DNA of 64,000 nucleotides, taken from positions 623,100,001-623,164,000 of the forward strand of contig NC_091285.1 in NCBI RefSeq assembly GCF_032444005.1, given 5' to 3'. The notes under the pieces were generated by a model that ran no database searches, was not told the origin of the DNA, and saw nothing but the letters and a program-made list of their open reading frames with translations. This document shows, in pieces, positions 1 to 11,086 of this stretch. Made by a program: the position numbers and the translations under genes. The stretch is from Ranitomeya imitator (taxonomy: Eukaryota). Positions within the stretch are counted from its first letter, which is position 1. Each line of letters starts with the position of its first letter.

Positions 1-216
1 GCAAAACATCCCGCACATCCGTGTGTCATCAGTGTGACACGTACCGGAGGCTGGAAAAAGCGGTACAGTTCACGCTGTTTGGCTTGCCCTCTGCTGGTTA
101 TGAATCTTACAAGAGTCAAGGCGGGAGCACATTTAATGTGGATCTGGGCATGTTTTGATTTCCAGCTCCTTCCAGTCTGCGGCTGCTGCTAGCTACACCC
201 AGAAGTGTAGTAAATT

Positions 217-3200
217 CAGGGCTGCCACTAGAAATTTCGGGGCCCCATACTGGCAAAATTTTCGGGGCCCCCTTGAAACTCCGCCCAGGTTCCACCCCAG
301 CCCCGCCTCCAGGCTCCACCCCACGAACTGTCCACAGTCCCACCACTCTCTCTTGGAAAATCTCCACTTCTCACCTATCACACATTAACAGTTCCCATCA
401 CCAGATCACACATATAGCCGGCAGCTTTTGTTTTGGCCAAAAGATTTTTTAAGCTGCCACCATAACACGGTAGACACTTTTGGCCGGGCCCTACTCTGCT
501 GTAACCTACTAAATATTTGTTAAAATATGCAAGACAATTTAGGTATATTTTTATTTATTTTTCAATTTTTAAAATGACCTATAATACTACATACAAGGAA
601 CAAATACCACAGCACTATGACCAGATGACATATTACCACCACAGCGATCGAATAATATAAAATACAAGGAACAAATACCGCTACACCATGACCAGACCGC
701 ATATTACCACAAATGACTGAATACTACAATACTGATCAGTAATAAAAAAAAACCCACAATACTATCACCATCAGTGCCATTATGCACAGGAGATCTGTAA
801 TTATTAAGCAGTGTCTGTGTACAGGTAATACAGTGATCACCGGTGACATTACACACAGGAGCTCTGTATATAATGTATAGGTAATACAGTGATCACTGGT
901 GACATTGTACACAGGACCTCTGTATATAGTATACAGTGTATAGTGTCAGTGTATAGGTAACACTGACTCACCAGTGACGTCTCTAGGTGAAGTCCTTCAT
1001 CTTTCATCCAGCACAGACCGCCATCACTTCATCTAGCCAGGACTCGTCTCTGCAGGAAATAAAACAGTTATCTCGAGTTCCGCTTGTAGAACACATTACT
1101 TAATTTTCCCAACTTCTACATTACACCACATGAAGAAGGCAACATAGTATCACTCTACACAGTAACAGGACCGCCCCCCATTTAAAACAGTATACTCAAA
1201 AAATAAAATAAATACATCACTGCAATAATAATATCCCTTAATTAGCCCCTATGGTAATATTCGCCATCCTAGCCCCCATGTGTCTCATTCCAGGCTCCAG
1301 CCATATGTTCTCCCATCCTGCTCTCATGAGTATCCATTCTGCCCTATATGATCTCCCCATCCTGCCCCATCTGTCTCCATCGTATCCATCCTGCCCCATC
1401 TGTCTCCATTCTGCCCCATCTGTTTCCAATCCTGCCCCATCTGTGTCCAGCACTCTGCCCCATCTGTGTCCAGCACTCTGCCCCATCTGTGTCCAGCACT
1501 CTGCCCCATCTGTGTCCAGCACTCTGCCCCATCTGTGTCCAGCACTCTGCCCCATCTGTGTCCAGCACTCTGCCCCATCTGTGTCCAATCCTGCCCCATC
1601 TCTGTCCAGCACTCTGCCCCATCTCTGTCCAGCACTCTGCCCCATCTCTGTCCAGCACTCTGCCCCATCTCTGTCCAGCACTCTGCCCCATCTCTGTCCA
1701 GCACTCTGCCCCATCTCTGTCCAGCACTCTGCCCCATCAGTGTCCAGCACTCTGCCCCATCAGTGTCCAGCACTCTGCCCCATCAGTGTCCAGCACTCTG
1801 CCCCATCAGTGTCCAGCACTCTGCCCCATCAGTGTCCAGCACTCTGCCCCATCAGTGTCCAGCACTCTGCCCCATCTGTGTCCAGCACTCTGCCCCATCT
1901 GTGTCCAGCACTCTGCCCCATCTGTGTCCAGCACTCTGCCCCATCTCTGTCCAGCACTCTGCCCCATCTCTGTCCAGCACTCTGCCTCATCTCTGTCCAG
2001 CACTCTGCCCCATCTCTGTCCAGCACTCTGCCCCACCTCTGTCCAGCACTCTGCCTCATCTCTGTCCAGCACTCTGGCCCATCTCTGTCCAGCACTCTGC
2101 CCCATCTGTGTCCAATCCTGCCCCATCTCTGTCCAGCACTCTGCCCCATCTCTGTCCAGCACTCTGCCCCATCTCTGTCCAGCACTCTGCCCCATCTCTG
2201 TCCAGCACTCTGCTCCATCTCTGTCCAGCACTCTGCCCCATCTCTGTCCAGCACTCTGCCCCATCTCTGTCCAGCACTCTGCCCCATCTCTGTCCAGCAC
2301 TCTGCCCCATCTCTGTCCAGCACTCTGCCCCATTTCTGCCCCATCTCTCTCCAGCACTCTGCCCCCTCTGTGTCCAGCTTTCTGCCCCCCATGTGTCCAG
2401 CTTTCTGCCCCCCCCGTGTCCAGCTTTCTGCCCCCCCTGTGTCCAGCTTTCTGCCCCCCCCTGTGTCCAGCTTTACTGCCCCCTCTGTATTCAGCTTTAC
2501 TGCCCCCTCTGTGTCCAGCTTTACTGCCCCCTCTGTATCCAGCTTTACTGCCCCCTCTGTGTCCAGCTTTACTGCCCCCTCTGTGTCCAGCTTTACTGCC
2601 CCCTCTGTGTCCAGCTTTACTGCCCCCTCTGTGTCCAGCTTTCTGCCCCCCGTGTCCAGCTTTACTGACCCCTCTGTGTCCAGCTTTCTGCCCCCCCTGT
2701 GTCCAGCTTTACTGCCCCCTCTGTGTCCAGCTTTACTGCCCCCTCTGTGTCCAGCTTTACTGCCCCCTCTGTGTCCAGTTTTCTGCCCCCTGTGTCCAGC
2801 TTTACTGACCCCTCTGTGTCCAGCTTTCTGCCCCCCCTGTGTCCAGCTTTACTGCCCCCTCTGTGTCCAGCTTTACTGCCCCCTCTGTGTCCAGCTTTCT
2901 GCCCCCCATGTGTCCAGCTTTCTGCCCCCCGTGTCCAGCTTTACTGACCCCTCTGTGTCCAGCTTTCTGCCCCCCCTGTGTCCAGCTTTACTGCCCCCTC
3001 TGTGTCCAGCTTTACTGCCCCCTCTGTGTCCAGCTTTCTGCCCCCATGTGTCCAGCTTTCTGCCCCCCATGTGTCCAGCTTTCTGCCCCCCCCCTGTGTC
3101 CAGCTTTACTGCCCCCTCTGTGTCCAGCTTTCTGCCCCCCCCGTGTCCAGCTTTACTGCCCCCTCTGTGTCCAGCTTTACTGCCCCCTCTGTGTCCAGCT

Positions 3201-3542
3201 TTACTGCCCCCTCTGTGTCCAGCTTTCTGCCCCCCGTGTCCAGCTTTACTGACCCCTCTGTGTCCAGCTTTCTGCCCCCCCTGTGTCCAGCTTTACTGCC
3301 CCCTCTGTGTCCAGCTTTACTGCCCTGGGGCCCCACCCCCACCCCCCGGATCGCCGCTCTCAATAAAAAAAAAGTTCTGCTTACCTGCCGTGCTCCTGAT
3401 CTCTCCACGCTAAGGGCCCGGTTCAGCCTGCGGCTGCCGGTAGGGGCCCGGTGAGCAGGTAAGAGGGGGCCCGATGCGGGCCCCCTCTGCTCACCGGGCC
3501 CCATACGCCAGTCACGGCTGTAATGCCCTGATGGCGGCCCTG
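217..3542. mobile_element. Non-autonomous hAT-superfamily DNA transposon carrying a large internal minisatellite
   Basis: Imperfect 15-bp TIRs CAGGGCTGCCACTAG (217) and CTGATGGCGGCCCTG (ending 3542); exact 8-bp TSD AGTAAATT at 209-216 and 3543-3550; no transposase ORF. Confidence 0.85.
1430..3325. repeat. Two-domain minisatellite: 23-bp unit (GTGTCCAGCACTCTGCCCCATCT) to about 2350, then related 24-bp unit (GTGTCCAGCTTTACTGCCCCCTCT)
   Basis: Tandem units read directly from the sequence; boundaries approximate. Confidence 0.95.
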
Positions 3543-3895
3543 AGTAAATTACTTAAGAAATTAATCAGAGATGAAAACATGTAATGCTATTTTGCATATG
3601 AATAAAATAAGAATTTCAAAGCAAGGGAGCATAAGATAGTGACAAAAAAGATATCCTTGGAATGGTTTTTCACTTTCTTAGACTGCAGTGCCTCTGATTC
3701 CCTGAGGCCGGCCTCACACTCAGCGTATAAAAATACGGTCCGTATTCTTCGGTCGTAATACGCCACAAAATTCAAAATACGGTAACATAGTAACATAGTA
3801 ACATAGTTAGTAAGGCCAAAAAAATACATTTGTCCATCCAGTTCAGCCTATATTCCATCATAATAAATCCCCAGATCTACGTCCTTCTACAGAAC

Positions 3896-6800
3896 CTAAT
3901 AATTGCATGTTACAATATTGTTCTGCTCCAGGAAGACATCCAGGCCTCTCTTGAACCCCTCGACTGAGTTCGCCATCACCACTTCCTCAGGCAAGCAATT
4001 CCAGATTCTCACCGCCCTAACAGTAAAGAATCCTCTTCTATGTTGGTGGAAAAACCTTCTCTCCTCCAGACGCAAACAATGCCCCCTTTTGCCCGTCACC
4101 TTCCTTGGTATAAACAGATCCTCAGCGAGATATTTGTATTGTCCCCTTATATACTTATACATGGTTATTAGATCGCCCCTCAGTCGTCTTTTTTCTAGAC
4201 TAAATAATCCTAATTTCGCTAATCTGTCTGGGTGTTGTAGTGCTCCCTTCCCCTTTATTAATTTTGTTGCCCTCCTTTGTACTCTCTCTAGTTCCATTAT
4301 ATCCTTCCTGAGCACCGGTGCCCAAAACTGGACACAGTACTCCATGTGCGGTCTAACTAGGGATTTGTACAGAGGCAGTATAATGCTCTCATCATGTGTA
4401 TCCAGACCTCTCTTAATGCACCCCATGATCCTGTTTGCCTTGGCAGCTGCTGCCTGGCACTGGCTGCTCCAGGTAAGTTTATCATTAACTAGGATCCCCA
4501 AGTCCTTCTCCCTGTCAGATTTACCCAGTGGTTTCCCGTTCAGTGTGTAATGGTGATATTGATTCCTTCTTCCCATGTGTATAACCTTACATTTATCATT
4601 GTTAAACCTCATCTGCCACCTTTCTGCCCAAGTTTCCAACTTATCCAGATCCATCTGTAGCAGAATACTATCTTCTCTTGTATTAACTGCTTTACATAGT
4701 TTTGTATCATCTGCAAATATCGATATTTTACTGTGTAAACCTTCTACCAGATAATTAATGAATATGTTGAAGAGAACAGGTCCCAATACCGACCCCTGCG
4801 GTACCCCACTGGTCACAGCGACCCAGTTAGAGACTATACCATTTATAACCACCCTCTGCTTTCTATCACTAAGCCAGTTACTAACCCATTTACACACATT
4901 TTCCCCCAGACCAAGCATTCTCATTTTGTGTACCAACCTCTTGTGCGGCACGGTATCAAACGCTTTGGAAAAATCGAGATATACCACGTCCAATGACTCA
5001 CCGTGGTCCAGCCTATAGCTTACCTCTTCATAAAAACTGATTAGATTGGTTTGACAGGAGCGATTTCTCATAAACCCATGCTGATATGGAGTTAAACAGT
5101 TATTCTCATTGAGATAATCCAGAATAACATCCTTCAGAAACCCTTCAAATATTTTACCAACAATAGAGGTTAGACTTACTGGCCTATAATTTCCAGGTTC
5201 ACTTTTAGAGCCCTTTTTGAATATTGGCACCACATTTGCTATGCGCCAGTCCTGCGGAACAGACCCCGTCGCTATAGAGTCCCTAAAAATAAGAAATAAT
5301 GGTTTATCTATTACATTACTTAGTTCTCTTAGTACTCGTGGGTGTATGCCATCCGGACCCAGAGATTTATCTATGTTGATCTTATTTAGCCGGTTTCGCA
5401 CCTCTTCTTGGGTTAGATTGGTGACCCTTAATATAGGGTTTTCGTTGTTTCTTGGGATTTCACCTAGCATTTCATTTTCCACCGTGAATACCGTGGAGAA
5501 GAAGGTGTTTAATATGTTAGCTTTTTCCTCATCATCTACAACCATTCTTTCCTCACTATTTTTTAAGGGGCCTACATTTTCAGTTTTTATTCTTTTACTA
5601 TTTATATAGTTGAAGAACAGTTTGGGATTAGTTTTACTCTCCTTAGCAATGTGCTTCTCTGTTTCCTTTTTGGCAGCTTTTATTAGTTTTTTAGATAAAG
5701 TATTTTTCTCCCTATAGTTTTTTAGAGCTTCAATGGTGCCATCCTGCTTTAGTAGTGCAAATGCTTTCTTTTTACTGTTAATTGCCTGTCTTACTTCTTT
5801 GTTTAGCCACATTGGGTTTTTCCTATTTCTAGTCCTTTTATTCCCACGAGGTATAAACCGCTTACAGTGCCTATTTAGGATGTTCTTAAACATTTTCCAT
5901 TTATTATCTGTATTCTTATTTCTGAGGATATTGTCCCAGTCTACCAGATTAAGGGCATCTTTAAGCTGGTCAAACTTTGCCTTCCTAAAGTTCAGTGTTT
6001 TTGTGACTCCCTGACAAGTCCCCCTAGTGAAAGACAGGTGAAACTGCACAATATTGTGGTCGCTATTTCCTAGATGCCCGACCACCTGCAGATTTGTTAT
6101 TCTGTCAGGTCTATTAGATAGTATTAGGTCTAAAAGTGCTGCTCCTCTGGTTGGATTCTGCACCAATTGTGAAAGATAATTTTTCTTGGTTATTAGCAGA
6201 AACCTGTTGCCTTTATGGGTTTCACAGGTTTCTGTTTCCCAGTTACTATCCGGGTAGTTAAAGTCCCCCATAACCAGGACCTCATTATGGGTTGCAGCTT
6301 CATCTATCTGCTTTAGAAGTAGACTTTCCATGATTTCTGTTATATTTGGGGGTTTGCAACAGACCCCAATGAGAATTTTGTTACCATTTTTCCCTCCATG
6401 AATTTCGACCCATATGGACTCGACATCCTCATTCCCTTCGCTAATATCCTCCCTTAAAGTGGACTTTAGACAAGACTTTACATAGAGACAAACCCCTCCT
6501 CCTCTCCGATTTTTACGATCCTTTCTAAACAGACTGTAACCCTGTAAGTTAACTGCCCAGTCATAGCTTTCATCTAACCATGTCTCGGTTATTCCCACTA
6601 TGTCAAAGTTACCTGTAGATATTTCTGCTTCTAGTTCTTCCATCTTGTTTGTCAGGCTTCTGGCGTTTGCGAGCATGCAGTTTAGAGGATTTTGTTTTGT
6701 TCCAATCTCCTTGCTGTGGATTGTTTTAGAAATGTTCTCACCTCCCTTCTGAGTATGTTTTCCTGGGTCTTCTTTGTTCGAGTCTAATGTTTTTCTTCCC

Positions 6801-6967
6801 GTCCCCTCTTCTTCTAGTTTAACGCCCTCCTGATGAGTGTAGCGAGTCTTCTGGCGAATGTGTGTTTCCCAGGTTTGTTGAGGTGTAGTCCGTCTCTGGC
6901 GAGGAGTCCATCGTACAAGTAATTCACACCGTGGTCCAGGAATCCGAATCCTTGTTGTCTGCACCAT
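3896..6967 (-). CDS. CR1 ORF2: APE endonuclease plus reverse transcriptase (true start probably at the Met in LNCMLANARSL)
   Basis: APE motifs NARSL, ITETW, GDFNYPD, SDH; RT motifs LDFSKAFD, GVPQGSVLGP, FADD; CR1-type C-terminus (LEKRRLRGDL). Confidence 0.95.
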   Translation of the reverse strand: MVQTTRIRIPGPRCELLVRWTPRQRRTTPQQTWETHIRQKTRYTHQEGVKLEEEGTGRKTLDSNKEDPGKHTQKGGENISKTIHSKEIGTKQNPLNCMLANARSLTNKMEELEAEISTGNFDIVGITETWLDESYDWAVNLQGYSLFRKDRKNRRGGGVCLYVKSCLKSTLREDISEGNEDVESIWVEIHGGKNGNKILIGVCCKPPNITEIMESLLLKQIDEAATHNEVLVMGDFNYPDSNWETETCETHKGNRFLLITKKNYLSQLVQNPTRGAALLDLILSNRPDRITNLQVVGHLGNSDHNIVQFHLSFTRGTCQGVTKTLNFRKAKFDQLKDALNLVDWDNILRNKNTDNKWKMFKNILNRHCKRFIPRGNKRTRNRKNPMWLNKEVRQAINSKKKAFALLKQDGTIEALKNYREKNTLSKKLIKAAKKETEKHIAKESKTNPKLFFNYINSKRIKTENVGPLKNSEERMVVDDEEKANILNTFFSTVFTVENEMLGEIPRNNENPILRVTNLTQEEVRNRLNKINIDKSLGPDGIHPRVLRELSNVIDKPLFLIFRDSIATGSVPQDWRIANVVPIFKKGSKSEPGNYRPVSLTSIVGKIFEGFLKDVILDYLNENNCLTPYQHGFMRNRSCQTNLISFYEEVSYRLDHGESLDVVYLDFSKAFDTVPHKRLVHKMRMLGLGENVCKWVSNWLSDRKQRVVINGIVSNWVAVTSGVPQGSVLGPVLFNIFINYLVEGLHSKISIFADDTKLCKAVNTREDSILLQMDLDKLETWAERWQMRFNNDKCKVIHMGRRNQYHHYTLNGKPLGKSDREKDLGILVNDKLTWSSQCQAAAAKANRIMGCIKRGLDTHDESIILPLYKSLVRPHMEYCVQFWAPVLRKDIMELERVQRRATKLIKGKGALQHPDRLAKLGLFSLEKRRLRGDLITMYKYIRGQYKYLAEDLFIPRKVTGKRGHCLRLEERRFFHQHRRGFFTVRAVRIWNCLPEEVVMANSVEGFKRGLDVFLEQNNIVTCNY

Positions 6968-7767
6968 CGTCTTAGCCAGTTGTTCGCATCAAGGATCCTG
7001 TTCCATCTCCTGGTGCCATGCCCGTCTACTGGAAGGATAGAAGAAAAAACTACCTGTGCATCCAGTTCCTTTACTTTCTTCCCCAACTCTTCAAAGTCCT
7101 TGCAGATTGTCGGTAGGTCCTTCCTTGCCGCGTCATTGGTGCCAACATGTATCAGAAGAAATGGGTGGACGTCCTTGAAGCTGAAGAGCTTTGGTATCCT
7201 ATCGGTCACATCCTTGATCATCGCACCTGGAAGGCAGCATACTTCTCTTGCGGTTATGTCCGGTCTGCAGATTGCTGCTTCTGTGCCTCTCAGTAGTGAG
7301 TCTCCCACCACCACTACTCTTCGTTGCTTCTTGGCTGTACTTTTTGCTGTCACTTGTTGCTGTGTGCCCTTTTCTTTTTTGCTTGCTGGTATTGCTTCAT
7401 CCTTAGGTGTGCCATCTTCATCCTCTACAAATATTTGATATCGGTTCTTCAGTTGTGTGGTTGGTGATTTCTCCATCGTCTTCTTGCTTCTTTTGGTCAC
7501 ATGCTTCCACTCATCTGCTTTTGGAGGTTCTCTGACACTTTTTTCACCTTCTGTGACCAGTAGAGATGCTTCTGTTCTGTCTAGGAAGTCTTCATTCTCT
7601 TTGATGAGTTTCAAAGTTGCTATTCTTTCTTCCAGACCCCGCACCTTTTCTTCTAAAAGGGCCACTAGTCTACACTTCTGACAGGTGAAATTGGATTCTT
7701 CTTCTGGTCGATCTGCGAACATGTAGCACATGCTGCAGCTGACCATGTAGGTTGTCACATCTGCCAT
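6814..7767 (-). CDS. CR1 ORF1p: N-terminal Cys motif, coiled coil and SGNH/GDSL esterase-like domain
   Basis: CSMC...CQKC; coiled coil LEEKVRGLEERIATL; esterase blocks VVVVGDSL, HVGTND, DGLHLN. Confidence 0.9.
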   Translation of the reverse strand: MADVTTYMVSCSMCYMFADRPEEESNFTCQKCRLVALLEEKVRGLEERIATLKLIKENEDFLDRTEASLLVTEGEKSVREPPKADEWKHVTKRSKKTMEKSPTTQLKNRYQIFVEDEDGTPKDEAIPASKKEKGTQQQVTAKSTAKKQRRVVVVGDSLLRGTEAAICRPDITAREVCCLPGAMIKDVTDRIPKLFSFKDVHPFLLIHVGTNDAARKDLPTICKDFEELGKKVKELDAQVVFSSILPVDGHGTRRWNRILDANNWLRRWCRQQGFGFLDHGVNYLYDGLLARDGLHLNKPGKHTFARRLATLIRRALN

Positions 7768-8218
7768 GTTGCTCCTAGATCCTGCTGACTTGCTGTGTGT
7801 TTTCCTTCTTGTGTAATCTACTCAGCCAAGCTTTCTTGCAATAATGTCCTACAGGCAAAAATTCGGTAATGCTTTCCAAGCAGCTGGTCCCGGCTGTACC
7901 CAACGATCTTCTTGCTGAGGGAGACTTTTCGCTTTTCCCAGAAGGCACCTGGAATATGCAAATTATCCTCCTCAAGCTTGAATCCCGGTGATCCGTAAGT
8001 ACTCAGTAGACAAGGTGTAGTCGCGTATTTTGCGCATGTAATGTTGCGTATGTAATCCGTATGCCCACTGTAATGCGTATTTTTCACGCAACCTGACAAA
8101 ATGGACATTTAACGGTTTTGGAGGCTGAAATAGATTTAAATCAACATCATCAACCCTATTTAAGGCCTCTACAACAGGTGGCTCACTCCCATATGGCCAT
8201 TTTGTAGTTTGGCATCTG

Positions 8219-9752
8219 TTGGAGTTTTGTGGTAACGTGTGCACCATGTCTGACCTCCTGCAGTTCACCCCAACGCAGCGTGTTTTGTTTAACTGGGTCT
8301 TGTCGCGTCGGTTTGGCCAGCCATATCCTGTGATTGTGGATCCGCGAAGGAGGAGCAGAAGAATGTGGGTGCATCCTCTTTTGACTAAACGCCTCACTAA
8401 AAGCCATTTTCATCGGCTATATAAAGCTCTGTGGGAACATCCTGAAAAGTTCTTTCTCTACTGTCGCATGACAATCCAAACATTGGACAGATTGTTGGAG
8501 ATATTATGGCCAGGAATCACATATCAGGACACAAGGATGCGCAAAGCCATATCTGCCGCGGAACGTCTTCTCCTTACCTTACAGTATGTATTCTACATCC
8601 TCACATACTGTATGTTGATGATCTTTTTTATTTTATGTGTTTGTTTCTATCTTGTTTTTTCTTGAATATGTGTACATTAGGTCACAAGCAGATGTTAAAA
8701 AGTTTGGAAAATGTTATAGTTAAGCACCCTAAGGACATTTTTCACTTTCCAGCGTTAAGCATGTTTTTGAAAATAGCAAATATGATTGTGCTTCTTCATG
8801 TTTTGTGTGAACTTTTGTAACCTACCTAATATTGCTTTTTTGTTCACTTTCAGCTTCCTGACCACTGGATTGTCATTTGCGGGACTCCACCTGGGGTTTT
8901 TGATTGGCCGATCAACAATTTCTGGCATTGTGCGGTCAACCTGTAGGCAAATATGGGATAGATTCAAGGACCTTGTGATGCCTGAGCCAAAACAGGCTGA
9001 TTGGCTCAAAATAGCCCGTGGGTTCCAGGACAATTGTGACTTTCCAAACTGCATTGGAGCGGTGGATGGGAAACATATCAGGGTACGTAAGCCGCCGAAC
9101 TCTGGCTCCCAATTCTACAATTATAAGCAGTTTTTCTCTGTAGTTCTGTTAGCTGTAGTTGACAGTAACTACAGGTTTATAATTGTAGACATTGGGGCCT
9201 ATGGCCTAACTGGAGACTCTATGGTCTTCAATTCGTCCATAGTGGGTCGGCGGCTACGTGACAACCAGTTAGATCTCCCACCACCACAACAACTCCCAGG
9301 CTCCACTGCAGAAGCATTGCCTTTTTTTTGTTGGAGATGAGGCGTTCTAACTCACCAGACACGTCATGAGGCCTTATCCCCGGTGCAACCTGGACCACCG
9401 TCGGAGGATATTTAATTTGCGCCTTTCTAGGGCGCGGAGACTGGTGGAGTGCGCCTTTGGTATTCTGGTGGCCAAATGGCGTGTCCTACAGACTGCCATA
9501 CAGCTCAGTAAGGCTACAGTCAATGAAGTTATCAAAGCCTCAGTAATTTTGCACAACTATACCCGCATACATGATTGCTTCTCAGATGGTAATGATGAAC
9601 ACATGTTGCGTAGTGTAATTAGGCCAACACCACATGGCCCTCCTCCGCGCCGTCCCCTTTCTGGCCTAAAAGTTAGGGATGTTTTGACCAATTTTTTTGT
9701 TTCACCTCAGGGTTCTACTCCCTGGCAAGATTATGCTGTTTCTCAGTTGTGA
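8219..9752 (+). pseudogene. Harbinger DDE transposase (HARBI1-like), spliced and inactivated
   Basis: Exon 1 to 8583 (MWVHP...ERLLLTL), GT at 8584, AG at 8852-8853, exon 2 FLTTG...GAVDGKH...VGDEAF...VECAFG; frameshift in the T-run near 9325 and in-frame TAA near 9348. Confidence 0.88.
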
Positions 9753-9778
9753 TTTCCTTATTTTCTATATACCGTACA

Positions 9779-10799
9779 CAGTGGCGTAACTACAAAGTTA
9801 GGGGCCCCGGTGCGAACTTCCAAATGGGCCCCCCCCCCCTGCAGCCCTGCCATACAACTCAATGTAACCCCCATAGAATACAATGCAGCCCCCCTAATAG
9901 TATAATGCAGCCCCTCCATACAGGGGCAGTGAGAAAGACACGAGCAAATGGTGACGAGGGGGCAGGGGAGAGGGCACAAGGGGGCTAGGGGAGACAGGCA
10001 CAAGGGTAACATAGGGGGGCTAGGGAGCAAGGAAGACAGGCACAAGGGGACACATGGGGGCTAGGAGGCAGGGGAGAAGGTTACAAGGGGACTAGTGGGC
10101 AAGGGAGACTGACAGAAGTGGGCAAGGGAGACTGACACAAGGGGACTAGTGGGCAAGGGAGCCTGACACAAGGGGCACATGGGGACAAGTGGGCAAGGGA
10201 TACAAGCACAAGGGGACACAGGGACAAGTGGGAAAGGGAGACTGACACACAGGGACTAGTGGGCAAGGGAGACTGACACAAGCACAAGGGGACAAAGGAG
10301 ACAGGCACATGGGGACACACAGGGACAAATGGGCAAGGGAGACTGGCACACGGGGACATACTACAGATATCACACACACACACACACATACTACAGATAT
10401 CACACACACACACACACACACACACGATACCAGCTCATATACACAACTCACAATCTCCTCTCTGGTACAGGGGTGGCTGATGTAAATCGGCTGCAGCTCT
10501 GCAGCTCCGCAGCTCCGCAGCTCCTCAGCTTCTCCTGACTAAAGCGGCTCCCCCCCGCACCTCCCCCCCTGCTCTCACCTTCCCGGGGCTGCAGAGCAGA
10601 AGCTGACAGTCTCACCTGGCATGATGACTGGAGCTGCTTCCTGTCTCTCACGTGCCCCGGCTGCCCCCTCCCCCTAGATACACCTCGGACTGTTGCAATG
10701 CAGGAGGAATCTCCTGCACTGCAACATGGTGTTGGGGCCCCTGACCTGCCGGGCCCGGTTGCACTGGCGACCGCTGCGACCGCGGTAGTTACGCCACTG
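9779..10799. mobile_element. hAT-type MITE with internal minisatellite and (CA)n
   Basis: TIR CAGTGGCGTAACTAC / GTAGTTACGCCACTG; 8-bp TSD ACCGTACA / ACCGTATA (7 of 8 match). Confidence 0.85.
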
Positions 10800-11086
10800 A
10801 CCGTATATACTCGAGTATAAGCCGACCCGAGTATAAGCCGACCCCCCTAATTTTGCCACAAAAAACTCGGAAACTTATTGACTCGAGTATAAGCCTAGGG
10901 TGGAAAATGCAGCTGCTACCGGTTAATGTCAAAAATAAAAATAGATACTAATAAAAGTAAAATTAATTGAGACATCAGTAGGTTAAGTGTTTTTGAATAT
11001 CCATATTGAATCAGGAGCCCCATATAATGCTCCATACAGTTCATTATTGCCCCATAGATGCTCCATATAAAGCTGTGCCCCATATA

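Larger units (their letters stand above)
3782..7985 (-). mobile_element. Full-length CR1 LINE inserted in the left subterminal region of the Harbinger element
   Basis: 3' tail of (TAACATAG)x3 at about 3783-3806; ORF2 and ORF1 both open; Harbinger-type sequence resumes at about 7986. Confidence 0.93.

Noticed and set aside
1430-3325. CRISPR-like array
   Set aside because: Units are contiguous with no unique spacers, there are no cas genes, and the context is eukaryotic.
1251-3413. 720-aa ORF and overlapping 400-486-aa Pro/Cys/Ser-rich ORFs
   Set aside because: The repeat units lack stop codons, so all frames stay open; there is no domain, and the ORFs lie inside a MITE minisatellite.
3903-6014. 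Plus-strand ORFs of 86-215 aa opposite CR1 ORF2 (and similar ORFs opposite both Gypsy pols and both Tc1 ORFs)
   Set aside because: Antisense shadows of real coding frames with no independent motifs.
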